Source: Massalongia carnosa
Taxonomy: Eukaryota
NCBI GenBank assembly: GCA_965645245.1
Contig: OZ287073.1
Span: 1,674,001 to 1,738,000, forward strand
Reading direction: 5' to 3'
Length of the DNA: 64,000 nt
The translations under genes were made by a program, and so were the position numbers. Below are positions 26,950-40,093 of this stretch, piece by piece. Positions within the stretch are counted from its first letter, which is position 1; every line of letters starts with the position of its first letter. The notes beneath the pieces are model-generated. The model had not been told where the DNA came from, did no database searches, and worked only from the letters and a program-made list of their open reading frames with translations.

Positions 26950-28655
26950 CATACACCAAAACCATCACCCCAAAAGAGGGCAAAGGATGCACGTGGACAA
27001 CACGAGTTTGTCGAATCAAACTACTCTCCTTTCCAAAGTAGGGCTCACACTTAAAGCTGACAAGTGTCAGCTAAATCTAGGGTGAGGAAGTCATACTCAC
27101 CTCCAATTTTAAGTTGGCTAGTAAAGGGTCTTGAACACCGCCAACGTACTTTTACACTTACCTATCGATGGCTTCGCCCTAATGAGGTAATTCGGCTTGA
27201 GCCAGGTACCAGTCGCGGATACGAACCTCAACAGGTTCCCCGCTTGGTCAAAAGCTTCCTATCGACCCATAACCGCCAGCCTGTAGATCGCGACGATGTT
27301 ATGCGCAACATTATCTCTCTTCATCGGTGTCAAATACAATTCTTTAAGCTTTCGCAGGACTTTGAGGATGCATGCTTACCTCCTCTTTGCAATAGGATAG
27401 TATGTCGTTAAGGCTGGATGTTGTTAGTAGACAGAACTCCTGTGCTGTAGGACAGCGCGGTACATGACGATGATATCTGCTGCCACTCTATGAATCTCTT
27501 GCACGGGTTGGCTTTCAAAAACGTTGTCTGGAATTTTCAGGCCGTAGAAGTACCTTATAACCCTTCTACATAAGCGAGGAAACCCAGCTAATACAAAGGT
27601 TCAAAAAGCCATCTTACTCGATCATCGCAAACAGAGGAGCCGCGCCAATAGATCGCTGGCGGATTCTCAAGAATTCTTCCGCCTCGAGTGTGGCCCTGTT
27701 CTTTTAAAGGTTGGCTTGGCTGAGGACCCCGTCGCAGTAATCCTTCCTACACTTGACAAACCTTCTTTGAGCTCTTTGGATGGAGTCAGTATATACCAAA
27801 GGGAAAGCTTCATCAACCACCAAAGAGCGCATACCCTCGGGTGTCCGCTTCTCCCGAGTCAGCTGATTGCTTTCGACACCTCTGGTAGGGTGACCTTTGC
27901 AATTCGATACCAGACTGAGTTATGGACTTCCACCAATAAACTCGGTTGCGGTAGCACTATCCCTGAATTCTCCGTCGTCATGGCGGCAAAAATATTAATT
28001 CAATTATTGCTAAGCTCTCTCTGGGTCATCTTTCAACGAACCGTTGTCAAAAACTAAACCATCCGGTTAGCCCCAACTAGCCGGACGCCGTCATTTGGGA
28101 AAGTTTTGCTATCATTAAATGGGATAAGCTGCAACGCGATGGGATAAATAGGTCAACCCAAGCGCCATATCAAGTCAAAGCTATGACGGGAACCACACCC
28201 AATTGCCCCAATCACACATCGTCCTAAACTCGTCTGGCCGTGCCTCTCGCGCTATGATGGTAATGGAGTAGGAAGAGCATGCCTTTGACACAGTCCGGCG
28301 TTGTGTCTAGTTGAATTGCCATTTTCTACACATAAATACCCCAAGGCGGATTAGAACAGCGGACTCGGCGCTCAGCAGCGTGATTTTATTGACGAAGCAG
28401 AAAGACAAACTCTAAGATCCACGCTTTGGATTCCGCCCTGACCTTCTGGTAATGCGGGTTGAGCTGGGGTGATTTCGACAAAGACGAGACGGAAAGGTCC
28501 GGGAGAAAAACTGGACTGGACGTTGGAGGATTGCCATCCCCGTTCGCTGAATGAAGTATTCTAGCTGCTGGTGCTGGAACGGGAGACCCGCTGGAAGAAA
28601 GGGCTATGCCCGAGGGAAGAAGCGATTTCCGGGTTGCGGAGATAGAAGAAAGCAC
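26950..28655 (-). pseudogene. Class I (sesqui)terpene synthase pseudogene
   Basis: LPDL..S..PQLNPHYQKVRAESKAW, EFRTMCDWGNW (~28200), VFDNGSLKDDP, NSE triad NDILSYCKEE (27380-27409), HNIV, WYLAQAELP, ANL.W; many stops and frameshifts; boundaries approximate. Confidence 0.85.
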
Positions 28656-31351
28656 GAAGGCTGAGAAAGAGAAATACGAATGGAAGCCGTCGAAAGGGGA
28701 AGAACAGAAGTATAGTTATAGACTAGCTAATTAGTTATACGTACCCTAGCCAACGGCCTAAAACCAAAAACCCGATTATGATCCCCTTTGAGAAAAGACT
28801 TGAAAGGAAATGCCCGAAAACAGTTATGAGAATTGAAGGACTTAATCCCTTCTCGACAGTTATCTGGGCAGGTATGTATCTATCCTCCGAGTCGGTTATC
28901 GAGGGGGATGTCCGAGTTCTGAAATGTCACTAGATGATACATAGGTACGCCATTCTCCATCAAACCCTCGAAAGTACAAACTAACCGCCCCACTCCCAAG
29001 ACTCTCTACATGTCTCATCATCGCCATCATCATGATCAACTCCTATTCCCCTTCCCCCTAGCATTATCATCCACCTTTCCCGATCCAACTCTACCCTTCC
29101 CTTCCCCTACCCTTTACTCAACCCCTCCCTCCACCACCAGCACCCATCCCAATCCACCAACCAAGATAATTCTAGATGCCCAACATAACAAGGCAAAACA
29201 TTACCGATTCGGCTCATCTCAAGCCAAAACCGCTAAACCCCGGTACCGTGAACGGGCGACAGCCAAGATGCATCACTACTCATGCTAGGCTTCGCTCCCC
29301 AATTTGAGAGTGTCTATGCTGATCTATGCCGGTTGTTTGAGAAGTCACCCGAGTTTGAAGGAGGGGGGGATAGGAGTAGATACGACGCTTGTGAAGAAAT
29401 CACGAGACGATGTTGAGAATTTTGAGTTTGAATCTGACTAAAAAGCAGGGGGGTTTTTTATTATCTAATTTAAAGCCCAAAAGAAAAAAGAGAAAAAAGA
29501 AAAAAGAAAGAAACTCCTAATTAGTCAGTCAGTCAGTTACTTACTCACGCGTGACTTGGACTACCATTTTCCTGCTTTGGAGAAACTCCGGCTTGGCTGG
29601 GTAATTAGGAGTAATTTATCACCCCCATTTCGCGGACTTTGCTTCCTATTTCTTTTATTGTTCATTTGTTCATTTGTTTTCGCGAATATAGAGGAAAATA
29701 TACTTTTAGCTATAGGCGAGTTCCTCAAATAAGCATCCTAATTGACTTCCGTATACTCCAATACGTCGCTACAGAGTTCCCACGGAGAGCCTACTAGGAC
29801 CGCGTACAAAGGGGCTGGTTGTTCAAGCGTTCTCATCTTCGTCCCCCTCATCGGACGAAGCATGCACCAAAGTGGTATATTTCAGACCATCCCTCTGCAT
29901 AGCCCTGCTGGCGCCTGTAGACTGCAATCTCTTGGCATCGCCTCATCGCCTGGCTCGCACTCGGCGTCATATACTTGCTGGCATTTTTCGTACCTGTGGC
30001 TAAAAAGATAAAACCAATGCCAAAACTCAGCATGTGGAGTCGAAGAAGCCGGGAAGCGCAGATCTATCCGTGCCTAGCTCAGTTTAAAAGGGTCGGAATT
30101 GCAATGTGAATGTACTGATCCACAAGAGTGCTCCCCGGATACTTAGGGCGCCGCACTTGCCAAGACGTACAACATCGCTGTATTGCTGCTGTGAGGGTAT
30201 AAACTGTAAATCGAAAGGCCATTTCCCACGAGTATTGACATGGTGACAGTGGCTGAGAGCACCACGATTTCTGACGAGTCAGCCAAATCCGTCAGAACTG
30301 CAAGTTCGTGTTCTTTGTTTCTGTTACTACCATGGAAATAATGTAGATCTAGGCTGGAATAAAGGCCCGATACAAAGAACTGGTCTTCTGTCATTAATCT
30401 TGCGCTACGAGAAAGTTACATGTTTTGGATTTGCCGTAAATATCGAGATCAAACATGGTCAGAAACACTCATCGATAGCTGAAAACATGACCCCGGCAAC
30501 GCAGGCTTGAAGAAACCCAACAAGAGCGCTAAACACAAGGACTATCCGTGTTATTAAGAGTGTTGTAAAGGCGTCCAGAGCCTGGTTGAGTAATAAGAAG
30601 ATATCAGGAAAGAAAGTGAGCAAACATGAACACGGATTTAGATAGATGAGAGACAAGCGGATAAATAATCCTGGTACCGGATATCCAAGATATATGGAAG
30701 ATCGAAACATTCTTCTATGAGAAATGGTAGAGATCCATGTCTGGTCCACTTATATAACGTTTGTGATTCTGCAGCCAGTACATACATACATATCCAAGGC
30801 AAAACCATCATCATCCATCCATCCGTCCACCCATCACTTAGTAGCCATGGTGAGAGGGAGATTAATATCCTAGCCTTGGGGGTTATGCCTGTCTATACAT
30901 AAAGTATCAGTCGGGATTGGTCAACGTAGATGGAAGTAACTAAATTAGTTAGGCATATATGTACTATAAAACGTGTCAGCTTCTGTCTGGCAAAGAAGAG
31001 ATTGGGATTGTTCATATCAGCAAGTAGGGCGAAACTTTGCATGTAGTTAGATGGAGATACGTGGGAATAAATGGATGATCCAAGGCTTGGATTCATAATA
31101 TGTAAGGGAGTAGGTACGTAGTAGAGCACAACAGACGGGTCACTGGAACGGTGGTTGAAAAATTTGCCCATGGCATGAGAGGGTGAACAAATAAATGAAA
31201 TCAATGCAATGCTACATACCAAAAATACACTCCGTTCCGCCCCCCTTTTCTCCGCGTCCCACCCCCACCCCCTCCAATCACCTCACCACCCCTCAGCGAC
31301 CAACCACCCACTAGCTTCCCCCCCAAACCGTCTCACAACAGCAGAAAAATC

Positions 31352-31949
31352 ATGGGTAGCCTCTGTAGCAAATCGTCGCGCGACCCCAGCGACCCATTCG
31401 CCCACCCCGGCCGCACTGTCGGCGATGTACCCGAACCTTCCTCGAACCCGCGCGCCGCCGTGCCGAAAATCAGCGCGGGCGCCGGGGGGACTGGACGGAT
31501 GCTTGGTGCTGGTGGAGGAGGAGGAGGAGGGCAAGAGGACGATGCGCGGAGAGCCGCGGCGAGGGCTGCCGAGGTTCGTAATGGCCCATTCTTCGGTTTT
31601 CTCTTTTTTAAGGGGGGTAATTCACACTTTCTTGCCGGGGGGTGGAGGGTTTGGTTGTTGCGCCATGCTTCCGACAGGACAGCTGGGATTTAGTTACCAG
31701 CATAGACAATCTTAACCTAGCTCGCTCGCTCGCTCGCTCGAAAAAAGAATGTGCTAACCCAAATCCCATCGCCCCCGGATCTAGGAACGAGCCGCCAAAG
31801 CAAGCCAGCAGGCGCAAAAGGGAAAGCTGAGCCGGGATCTGGCGAGGGAGAAGGCGCAAACGGTGAATGGCGCCCTGGGAGGCGCGAGTCGGGATGAGCG
31901 GAGGAGAAGAGACGCGGATGAGGGCGCTGAGGCGAGGACTTGGAATTGA
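31352..31949 (+). CDS. Small N-acylated (MGxxCS) SVIP-like fungal protein, 2 exons (31352-31573, 31785-31949)
   Basis: MGSLCSKS..PFAHPGRTVG...GRMLG...DARRAAARAAE|ERAAK...GKLSRDL...ARTWN*; GT-AG intron in phase 0. Confidence 0.75.
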
Positions 31950-32323
31950 GACCTTGAGGGGAAGGGAAGGGGGGGGGGGGAGGGGGGGAGAGGGTGGAAG
32001 GAGATGGGTTTAGGGAAAGAGTAAGAGCAAAGGGGAAGACAAGAAGGAGCCGTGGGGCAATGGGTTTATGATATCTTTCAAGGTTTGACGAGGCAGCGAC
32101 GATTATGGCGTTGATGGCTTGGATGAAGGTATGTAGGAGGGTTTCATGGGGCACATTTATACGATCAAAGAATTTGCTTGGGGAGTTTAGGTGGACCTTC
32201 TGAATGTAGGATAGTAGATCGTCAATAGAAGTAAGGCTCATTGATGAAATAACGACATCTGGGCGCGCATTTATGAGGACGGGTCACGGGATGGATATCT
32301 TGTTCATTGCATCTAGTTCCGTA

Positions 32324-35300
32324 CTAAACAACATTGTACCGACCACTGGTAGGTGCTCTGGCGTCGCTGTCAGCAGCAGCAATGGTACCTTCCTTGAGCA
32401 ACCTCATCAATTCCCTCATAGCATTGGTGACAACCACTTCCGTATCACCCTCCACGAGGATGTATAACTTCGGGTTCTCGCCCGCTTGAGGTTCCTTCCC
32501 TGTTGCATAAAAGCTACCTTTGGTTGTGATTGACGTACCTGTGGCTTCTAGGATCTTGGCGACATTGGTACGGTTGGTGACAGCCCAACGAGCTTTTTCT
32601 ATTCGGAAGTTAGCCAGATTGCACTTGCAGAAGATGGGAGACAAGCTTACGAGGGAAGTCATTAATCTCTAATGTTGCATGGAAAGCGCCTGCATCAGGG
32701 CCTTTATTGTCAATTGGGACCCCTGTGCGCAACTCGCGGTTCTTGCTGAGTCGATTGTGGATATCAGCAACCGCTTGACCTACCTTCTCCAGAGGGTTTT
32801 TCGAGGAACCACTAGTTGAAGGCTCGGTTTTATGAACGACAATCTTGCCGTCTAGATCAATACCCTTGGGAACACCCGGCAGAGGAACGGGTGTAGCAGC
32901 AGACTGTACCATCGAAGCTGCTTTGGCTACAAGGTCGTCATCTTTGTCTTTTTTGGTTTCTTCTTTCTCGTCATCTTCACCTTCCTCGCCAGTCTTGTAT
33001 GTCTTACGTTCCCGCGTACGAGCAGCATCGCGTTCTTGATCTAGACGCTCGAGGCCTTTACCACCAAATCCTGATCCGCTTACTTTCTCCTTTCCAGACT
33101 TGACTTTCTCGATGAACGCATCGACAAGGTTTTGTAGCGCTTCGGGCACTTCTTGACCGCTCTGCCTCAAAGCCTTGGCAATGTCAAGTGAGTACCTCTC
33201 CTGCTCAGGTGTGACAAAAGTGACCGCAGTGCCAGTATTACCGGCACGACCTGTTCTGCCAGCACGATGCACATAATCTTCTAAATGATTTGGCGCATCG
33301 TAGTTAACCACTAGCTTCAACTGCTTAACATCGAGACCTCGGGCTGCGACCGAAGTTGCAATCATTATCGGCACTACGCCAGCCTTAAAGTCGTCGATTG
33401 TTGAGTCTCGATCGATCTGATCTTTGCCGCCATGAATGGACATACATGGATACCCTTTTCGCATCAGATCCTTCAACAGCCCGTCTGCAGATTCCTGACG
33501 ATCCACGAATATTAACGCTCGATCATCCTCGTTCTTTTCTTCTTGATACAAATTCCCCAGTAGCTCCAAAAGGCGGATGAATTTGGTTTCTTCGGTGCGA
33601 ACCTCAACTATTTGAGTTATTTCAGGGGCAACTACACTTCGACCCCCCACAACAATCTCTACGGGCTTGATCAGTGTCTTGCGTGCCAGAGCTTCCATTT
33701 GCCGAGGAAAGGTTGCCGAAAAAAGGACAGTCTGTCGATCGGGGCGGATATTGGCAAGAATTTTCATAACCTGTGGCTCAAATCCCATGTCAAACATCCG
33801 ATCGGCTTCGTCAAGCACCACATAAGTGACCCGCCGAAGGTTTGTTACTCTACCTGAATTCGCAGCTAAGAGATCGATAATACGTCCCGGTGTGCAGACA
33901 ATGATCTCTGCTCCCCGCTTGAGATCAGCAATCTGATCTTTGATTGGAGCACCACCATAAGCACACACAGCACGTAGATTCAATGCTTTCAAGAAAGGCT
34001 TGCATTCTTTGTGAATCTGTGTTGCTAATTCGCGAGTCGGAGTCATAACCAAGCCTACAGGACCGTCCAGATGATCGATGGGCCGCTGATCTTTAATATG
34101 CCTAAACATTGGTAACAGAAAAGCTATCGTCTTCCCAGAACCCGTTTTAGCAACACCGATAACGTCGCGGCCCGACATGATAGAAGGAATGGCCTGCGTT
34201 TGTATTGAAGTAGGTTTATCATAACCTAATTTCTTGATAACTTCTAGCGACGGAGCCCCAAGCCCACATTGGGACCATTTCTGGACAGGTTTGGGTGCAT
34301 CAATCCCACGAATCTTAATGCCATCAAGTTCTAATCTCAAATCAGCTACCTCTTCTTCGGTCATCTCGATCAACTCTGAAGGTTCATGGTAAAAACTTTT
34401 TCTAAATGGTCTATATGTCATTTTAGCATGGTTGACTGTCGGAAGATCTTTCTTCTTCCTTTTACTAGCCATGGCAAGGATATCATCAGGATCTGCAGCC
34501 ACCGTCTTCAAGTCAACATCCTCATCACCGAACATGGCCTCTGGCTGTTGTGCGCTGCGTTTTGATGGCTTGACGGCTTTATTGCTTTGTGCTGCTTTCA
34601 ATGGATCACCCAACCCAGTCATATAGGCGTCAAGAGGATCTGTCTCATCTTCCTCTGCTGCCAACTCAGTTTCCTTTTCAGGCTTTGAAAGCTCCGGAGT
34701 GTTTCCCATAGGGACATCTTCAGCTGTATCGACACTTTCATTCACAGCTGTAGCAGGATTCTCGCCAGCTTGATAGGCAAGACTTTGAGTCTGCAGGCGT
34801 TCTTCCCGCTTCTCAGCAGCAGCTCTCGCGGCAGCAGCAGCTTCTTCTTCGGTACCAGCATCCTGCATGCCTTCATCATCGTCCTCATCCTCGTCTTTAG
34901 TACCGTTAGCCAAAGACGCATTAGCCTCAATTGGGGTATCATCATCAAGAGGAGGGGTAGGTAGCTTTTCCAGCTTCTTTCGTGACCCTTCCTCCTCCTG
35001 AAAATCAAGCCCGCGTTTGGCCGATAGTTTCTCCGACTCGACAGCGGTTTTGCTGGAAAGTCCAAAACCGCTTACGTTGCCCCGGGCCTTGAGAGAAGCA
35101 GGAGGAGCTACTACTGATAGTTAACAAGTCTGAAATTTTGAATTCATTTTCAAGATATACTTACGAGCTGAAGCATTTGCTGAGGCTACAGATTTGTCAG
35201 CCTTAAACCCATTATTGTTAGAATTGGTGGCAGCGGACGCTTTAGCAATTCCTGGCAGCGCCACGTCCGTTCCAAGTTTCGTCACATCTGTTGATGAGAC

Positions 35301-36160
35301 AGCTGCCTTTCTGGCAATAGCTTTGGGGTCAAATTTGCCGGCGTATGGGAGAGGAGTGGTATCATCATCAGGTGTTTCGGGGGATACAGGGGTTGCAACC
35401 GCAGGTGACATTTGTGCTTTCTTGTCTATCTCATCGAGAAGACTTCGTGTGCCTTCCCCAGTTATCTCCAGCTCTTTTTGCTTGCGGTCTCTTTCGAAGG
35501 CTTGTTTCTGCTTCCAAGCTTCCAACTTAGCTAGCCGTTCAGCTTTTTTCTCTTCGTCGGTTTGCAGCGGAATAGCAATGCTTTTTGATAACTGTGACAA
35601 AATTAGCGGGCTCGCTGAAATATAAACGGTTTAAAGCCAGAAAGGCTTACCTCATTGTGGCCAGCACCATTTGGTGTCTTGTGAGAACGTTCCTTACCGC
35701 CGTCCCTTTTCACTTCACGCCGTGGGCTAGCAGATCCATCCCGCCTTCGTCTGTTTCGATCGCGAGAATCGTCTCGCTTGATCCTTATATCCCTGTCACG
35801 GCTCCTCCGTCGATAATCTTTCACGATGTCTCTATCTCGCGATCTTCGTCTGTCTCGCGATCGATCTCGTCGGCCAGAGCGATAGGTATCATCCTCTCGG
35901 CGGTCTCTTGACCTATCCCTGTGCGTCCGGGCATCACGATCTCGATGTCTCCTCTGTGATTGGATGATCAGCCCAAATATCAAGAAACCACCGTGGGTTG
36001 GACATACGACAGGACTTCTAGTTCGGCTTCGGCGTCGATGATCTCGACCATCCTCTCTGCGGCTTTTATCGTAACGATCGTCATCTCGCCGACTCCGCTT
36101 TGACGCAGAGAACGAGCTGCCTACAGGCGATGGTGAGCGAGTATCCCCGTGGCGAGCCAT
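32324..36160 (-). CDS. PRP5: Pre-mRNA-processing DEAD-box RNA helicase Prp5 (DDX46)
   Basis: RS/RD-rich N-terminus, [39 protein letters not shown]-terminal KH-like LEINDFP(Q)KARWAVTNR. Confidence 0.96.
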
Positions 36161-36704
36161 ATGATCCCGAGTGGATCGGTGGTTTGTACTTCAGTATTTT
36201 GTATCTTGAATACTGCCCTACAGCTCAGGATAGACTTTGTTAAATCGAACGTAGCGTTCGCGATAATCCAGATCAGGTGCAGTGGGATGCAGTCCCTCAG
36301 CTAAACCTGGACCTTCGAGCTGGATAAGGGTTATTAGATCTTGGTCAGAAACTCACACCATACTCGAGTACACCAAGATTTCCTTCACGGCCATTCCTAC
36401 GCCTAATCAGTAGTCTGTTTGTTCATATGGCTGAAATGTTGATTGGATGCTGTCTGGAGAAGTCCGTCATTTTGCATGAGCTGGAATAGGTATTTCAATA
36501 CGTAGCACGTGCTAATGCGGCTAGTTGACTGACTACTGGAGCGGCTTAGCTAAATGGCTAAATTCCCAGCCTCTGGTTTTGGTTCATCAGTCAAACACGC
36601 GAGTCGAAGCTTCGCTCCTTTCCTGGTTCTTGCACCTGTTTCACCCAATCATACCTACGAATTTTTGCAACGACCACTCATCATTGAATGTAACGTCAAC
36701 TACC

Positions 36705-37939
36705 ATGAGCTTTCGCAGCGGCCAGAGAATTGGCCGACTCTCCCAATTGAAGGTACCATGCCTCTCAGCTCGCCGCTTCGAGCCATCCATGCTGCAGAGC
36801 AAACGCGTGTCGGCTTCGTTCAGCACACTCCTTAGATGCTTGACAGCATGCTCTCCAATCTCCAGCAGCTATACTGCGCCAGCTGGCTTTCGCGGTTATG
36901 CAGATAGACCCGTATCGAGACCCAAGGCGCATACGGGAAGAACAACGACTGCGCCGCGAAAGAAGGCAGCGTCTGGGATCAGCTCACCCTCGGCGAAGAA
37001 AACATTGGGCCCCAGGAGGTCGGTGGCAAGCACAAAAGCGAAGCCTAAGCCTAAGCCAAAACCGAGATCCGCATCTAAGCTTAAAGCGAAGTCAAAGCCA
37101 GCTGTAAAGCGAAAAGCTACGCGAAAAGCCAAGCCCAATGCGAAGCCTAAGAAGGTTTTAACAGCGGAGGAAAAAGAAAAACTGCGGGCGACACGGAGCG
37201 CAAAGCAGGAGAGGCTAAAGGTTAAAAGCTTGAAGAAAGCTGCGTTGAAACCCCCCACGGTACGGTCAAGCTCATGGCTTGTTTTTCTTAAAGACAAGAC
37301 CAGTGAAAACAAGAGCGAAGGAAAAGTGCCGATATCTGAAGTTACCAAAAGAGCCGCTGTTGAATACAAGAAGCTGACCCCGGAGCGCCTTGAGGTAACT
37401 TGGGAATTCCATGATCGGGTTAATTCATATGCTGAAGTCGATTACAGCACTACAATCACGTTGCAAACCAGGAGAAGGCTGCTTCAGCCGCTGCATATCG
37501 TAAATGGATCGAGTCCTACACGCCTGAGGAAATTCGTCTTGCCAACAACGCACGAAGAAACCTGGCGCGACGGGGTGTTGGTCCTCACTTTCCGCTCAAG
37601 GACGAAAGATTAGTCAAAACGGCTCGGAGCCCTTACCTACTGTTCAGCGTGGAGCGATTTGCCACTGGAGATTTCAAAGGAATCAAACTCCCGGAAGCTG
37701 CATCATTGATAGCACGGGAGTACAAAGCTCTGTCAACCACCGACAAACAGGTTAGTCTCCGGGCGCCTTATCAGTTCGTTGGATCACTATATTAACGAGT
37801 CTAAATCTATAGAAATACAAGGATCTTGCCGCCCAGGACCACCAACGCTACGTGCAAGAATCCAAAGCGGTCTACAACCGCGACATAACCCCTCTGCCCT
37901 CAACGCCTGCTGTTACTGCTGCCGCCGCGGCGGCGTAGG
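36705..37939 (+). CDS. Tandem HMG-box protein with basic linker, probable mitochondrial nucleoid protein (exons 36705-37394, 37448-37750, 37812-37939)
   Basis: Presequence-like N-terminus, K-rich region, AALKPP..SSWLVF...YKKLTPERLE|HYNHVAN..YRKWIESYTPEEIRLANNARR...LKDERLVK...EYKALS..DK|KY. Confidence 0.8.
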
Positions 37940-38792
37940 AAGGAAAAAGAGTCATGTACGTAAAGTTCATCAAGCTCGACCACAGGCTTCCCCCAGTTAT
38001 GTCAAGCGTATATCCATGGGGAAGAAACCCGGGGGGTTGGACAAGTCTTACAAATCAAAACAATATTCTCTCTGTACAGAGCGGGCCCATAATCCCTGTT
38101 GTCATCCTTATATTCCTACCACACGACTTTCCCGGCCATGCCTCGATCCTTTGCAGACTCCCCCTGGGACGTAAGCCTGCTGCTCGGTTTCCTCTCTACA
38201 CGAATATGCTCGTCTATTAAGAGGTGGCTGGCTGGCTCGGCTTTCCTCCTGCCAGCTGTAAGTTTAGGGCTTTCCGTTATTCAGGGCCTGGACAGCTTAG
38301 GTAGAGAAAACAATTCCTCCTTATTTTTTCGTTGAACAGCTGTATATTTATGCTATATCTCTATCCTAGCTAGAAAAACATACGAGGTATTTATACGGTT
38401 CACTCTATCCGCAGCATCATTACACCGGATCTATGCCAACGGCTAGCTCTCTCTCTCTCTGTCGATGTGATTATCTTGCAGCTTTCGGATCATGCAACGG
38501 CAACGATTTTGTTTCGCTTGTTGTGATAACAGAGAAGCACATAAGCGAAGTCATCATGTATGAGGAAGATCAATGTAGAGGCAAAACAACTCCACTGGTT
38601 CTCTCGCATTGGTACCTGTCAACCACTACACCAAAGGATACCCCTCACGAAACCGAACCATGCTTCAATGATATTCGTTCTCTGCTGCCCAAGCATCCCG
38701 CCCCCTCCTTTCACCATTCAGCGCACCATTCAGCGCACCCATCATCCCCCTGGCACCCTATCGCTCCCCTACTAAAGAACTAGCCCTATTGT

Positions 38793-39334
38793 TCACTTCC
38801 CGCTTGGAGGCGTATACTTTGCTCCCCCTTTGCCGTCATTGTAGTAAGTCGAGCCGCTCGGGTTGCTGTAATAGTAACTGCCTACCCACAGACGAAACTC
38901 GTTAATCCAAGAATTTACGCTCACGCCTGCTAGACCACCCCCACCCCCACCCCACACACCGAGACATTACAAAAAAAAAGGGGGGGGGGGGGGGGTGAAG
39001 GCACGAACGAAAGATATTCGGTAGGAGAGGTACATACCATCGGTGTTGGAATAGTGGTAAGAATTGCTATTGGCCGGCTCAGACCCATTGGTGGAATAAT
39101 CACGGGAGCAGTAGTGGTTTCCCTGGGCGTTATGTGATAGATATGTTAGTATGGCAACAATAAGATGCGTACCAAGGTCGATGGTTTGGTTATGGATACG
39201 CAGCGTCGTCATGGAAAGCGTGGAGTGGAGGAGGGCGGTGGTAGGGGCGTACGTACCTGTAAATTAGTCCCTGACGAGGTAGTATTGTAACCCTTGTTAT
39301 TGCCGCTGCCACTGCTGCCTTGGGAGGAACTCAT
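38793..39334 (-). CDS. Small 83-aa S/G/N/Y-rich fungal protein, 3 exons (39334-39257, 39122-39038, 38881-38793)
   Basis: Spliced product MSSSQGSSGSGNNKGYNTTSSGTNLQ|GNHYCSRDYSTNGSEPANSNSYHYSNTD|GSYYYSNPSGSTYYNDGKGGAKYTPPSGK*; donors GTACGT/GTATGT, AG acceptors, exon phases consistent. Confidence 0.85.
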
Positions 39335-40093
39335 TTTTTTTCTCTCGCTCGAACTCCTTGGAGATAATGGTATGTGAGCCTTTTTCTTTTCTTCTTCTCG
39401 TCCCTTCTCTTCTTCTTACCTTTTCTGCTGTGTGTTTGGTTGTTGGATCTGTTTTGGATAGAACTGGTGGTGGGTGGAAGAAGAGAGAGAAGGCGTGGGG
39501 TGAATCTAACACGCTTCTTATACCTTGGGCCCTTTGTTACGGCAAACCAGGTTTTGTGGAACGCCACTGCCCCGCTTTGAAGGCTTCCCGAGTTTAAGCG
39601 GCTCCTAGAGTCAGGTGACGGCGTTCTTTTCCAAGGGGGTTTCCTAGACTGGTTAGGCCAACTGGATGGCCTATCTTCAGTCAGGACTTTTTTTTTTGGT
39701 GCATGTTCAAGAGCCATGTCAAAGATCCAACGGAGAGAGTCTTTTGATCATTTCGTTCGAGTTCTCTGTTTTCCATTGATGGCAGAATGGCTGGAGTGGA
39801 CCGTTAGTCGTCAAGCCTGTCGTCAAGCCCTAAGCCTTGTTGAGCGACGCTATAAAAGTCTCCCATGTTCGATACGTTCGATACGTTGGATACTACCGGC
39901 TCGTTGAAATTCAACTTTGTCATCTCCTTCATCATCCACTGCTTGCCACGCGTCCATAGCGGATGCCATGACGACAATGACGAGTTTCTCAATCTCACTT
40001 GCAGATATGTCTTTCTCTCCTAATCCTCATGAGAGGGCTTCATACTGCCAACAGAAACCCTCGTCGTCCACCTGCATATAAAATATGCATGTC

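Noticed and set aside
29742..30750. Possible decayed membrane-protein gene on the minus strand
   Set aside because: Only short hydrophobic fragments, no recognisable family; cannot support a call
17600..31200. Starship element
   Set aside because: No DUF3435 tyrosine-recombinase captain or boundary direct repeats visible
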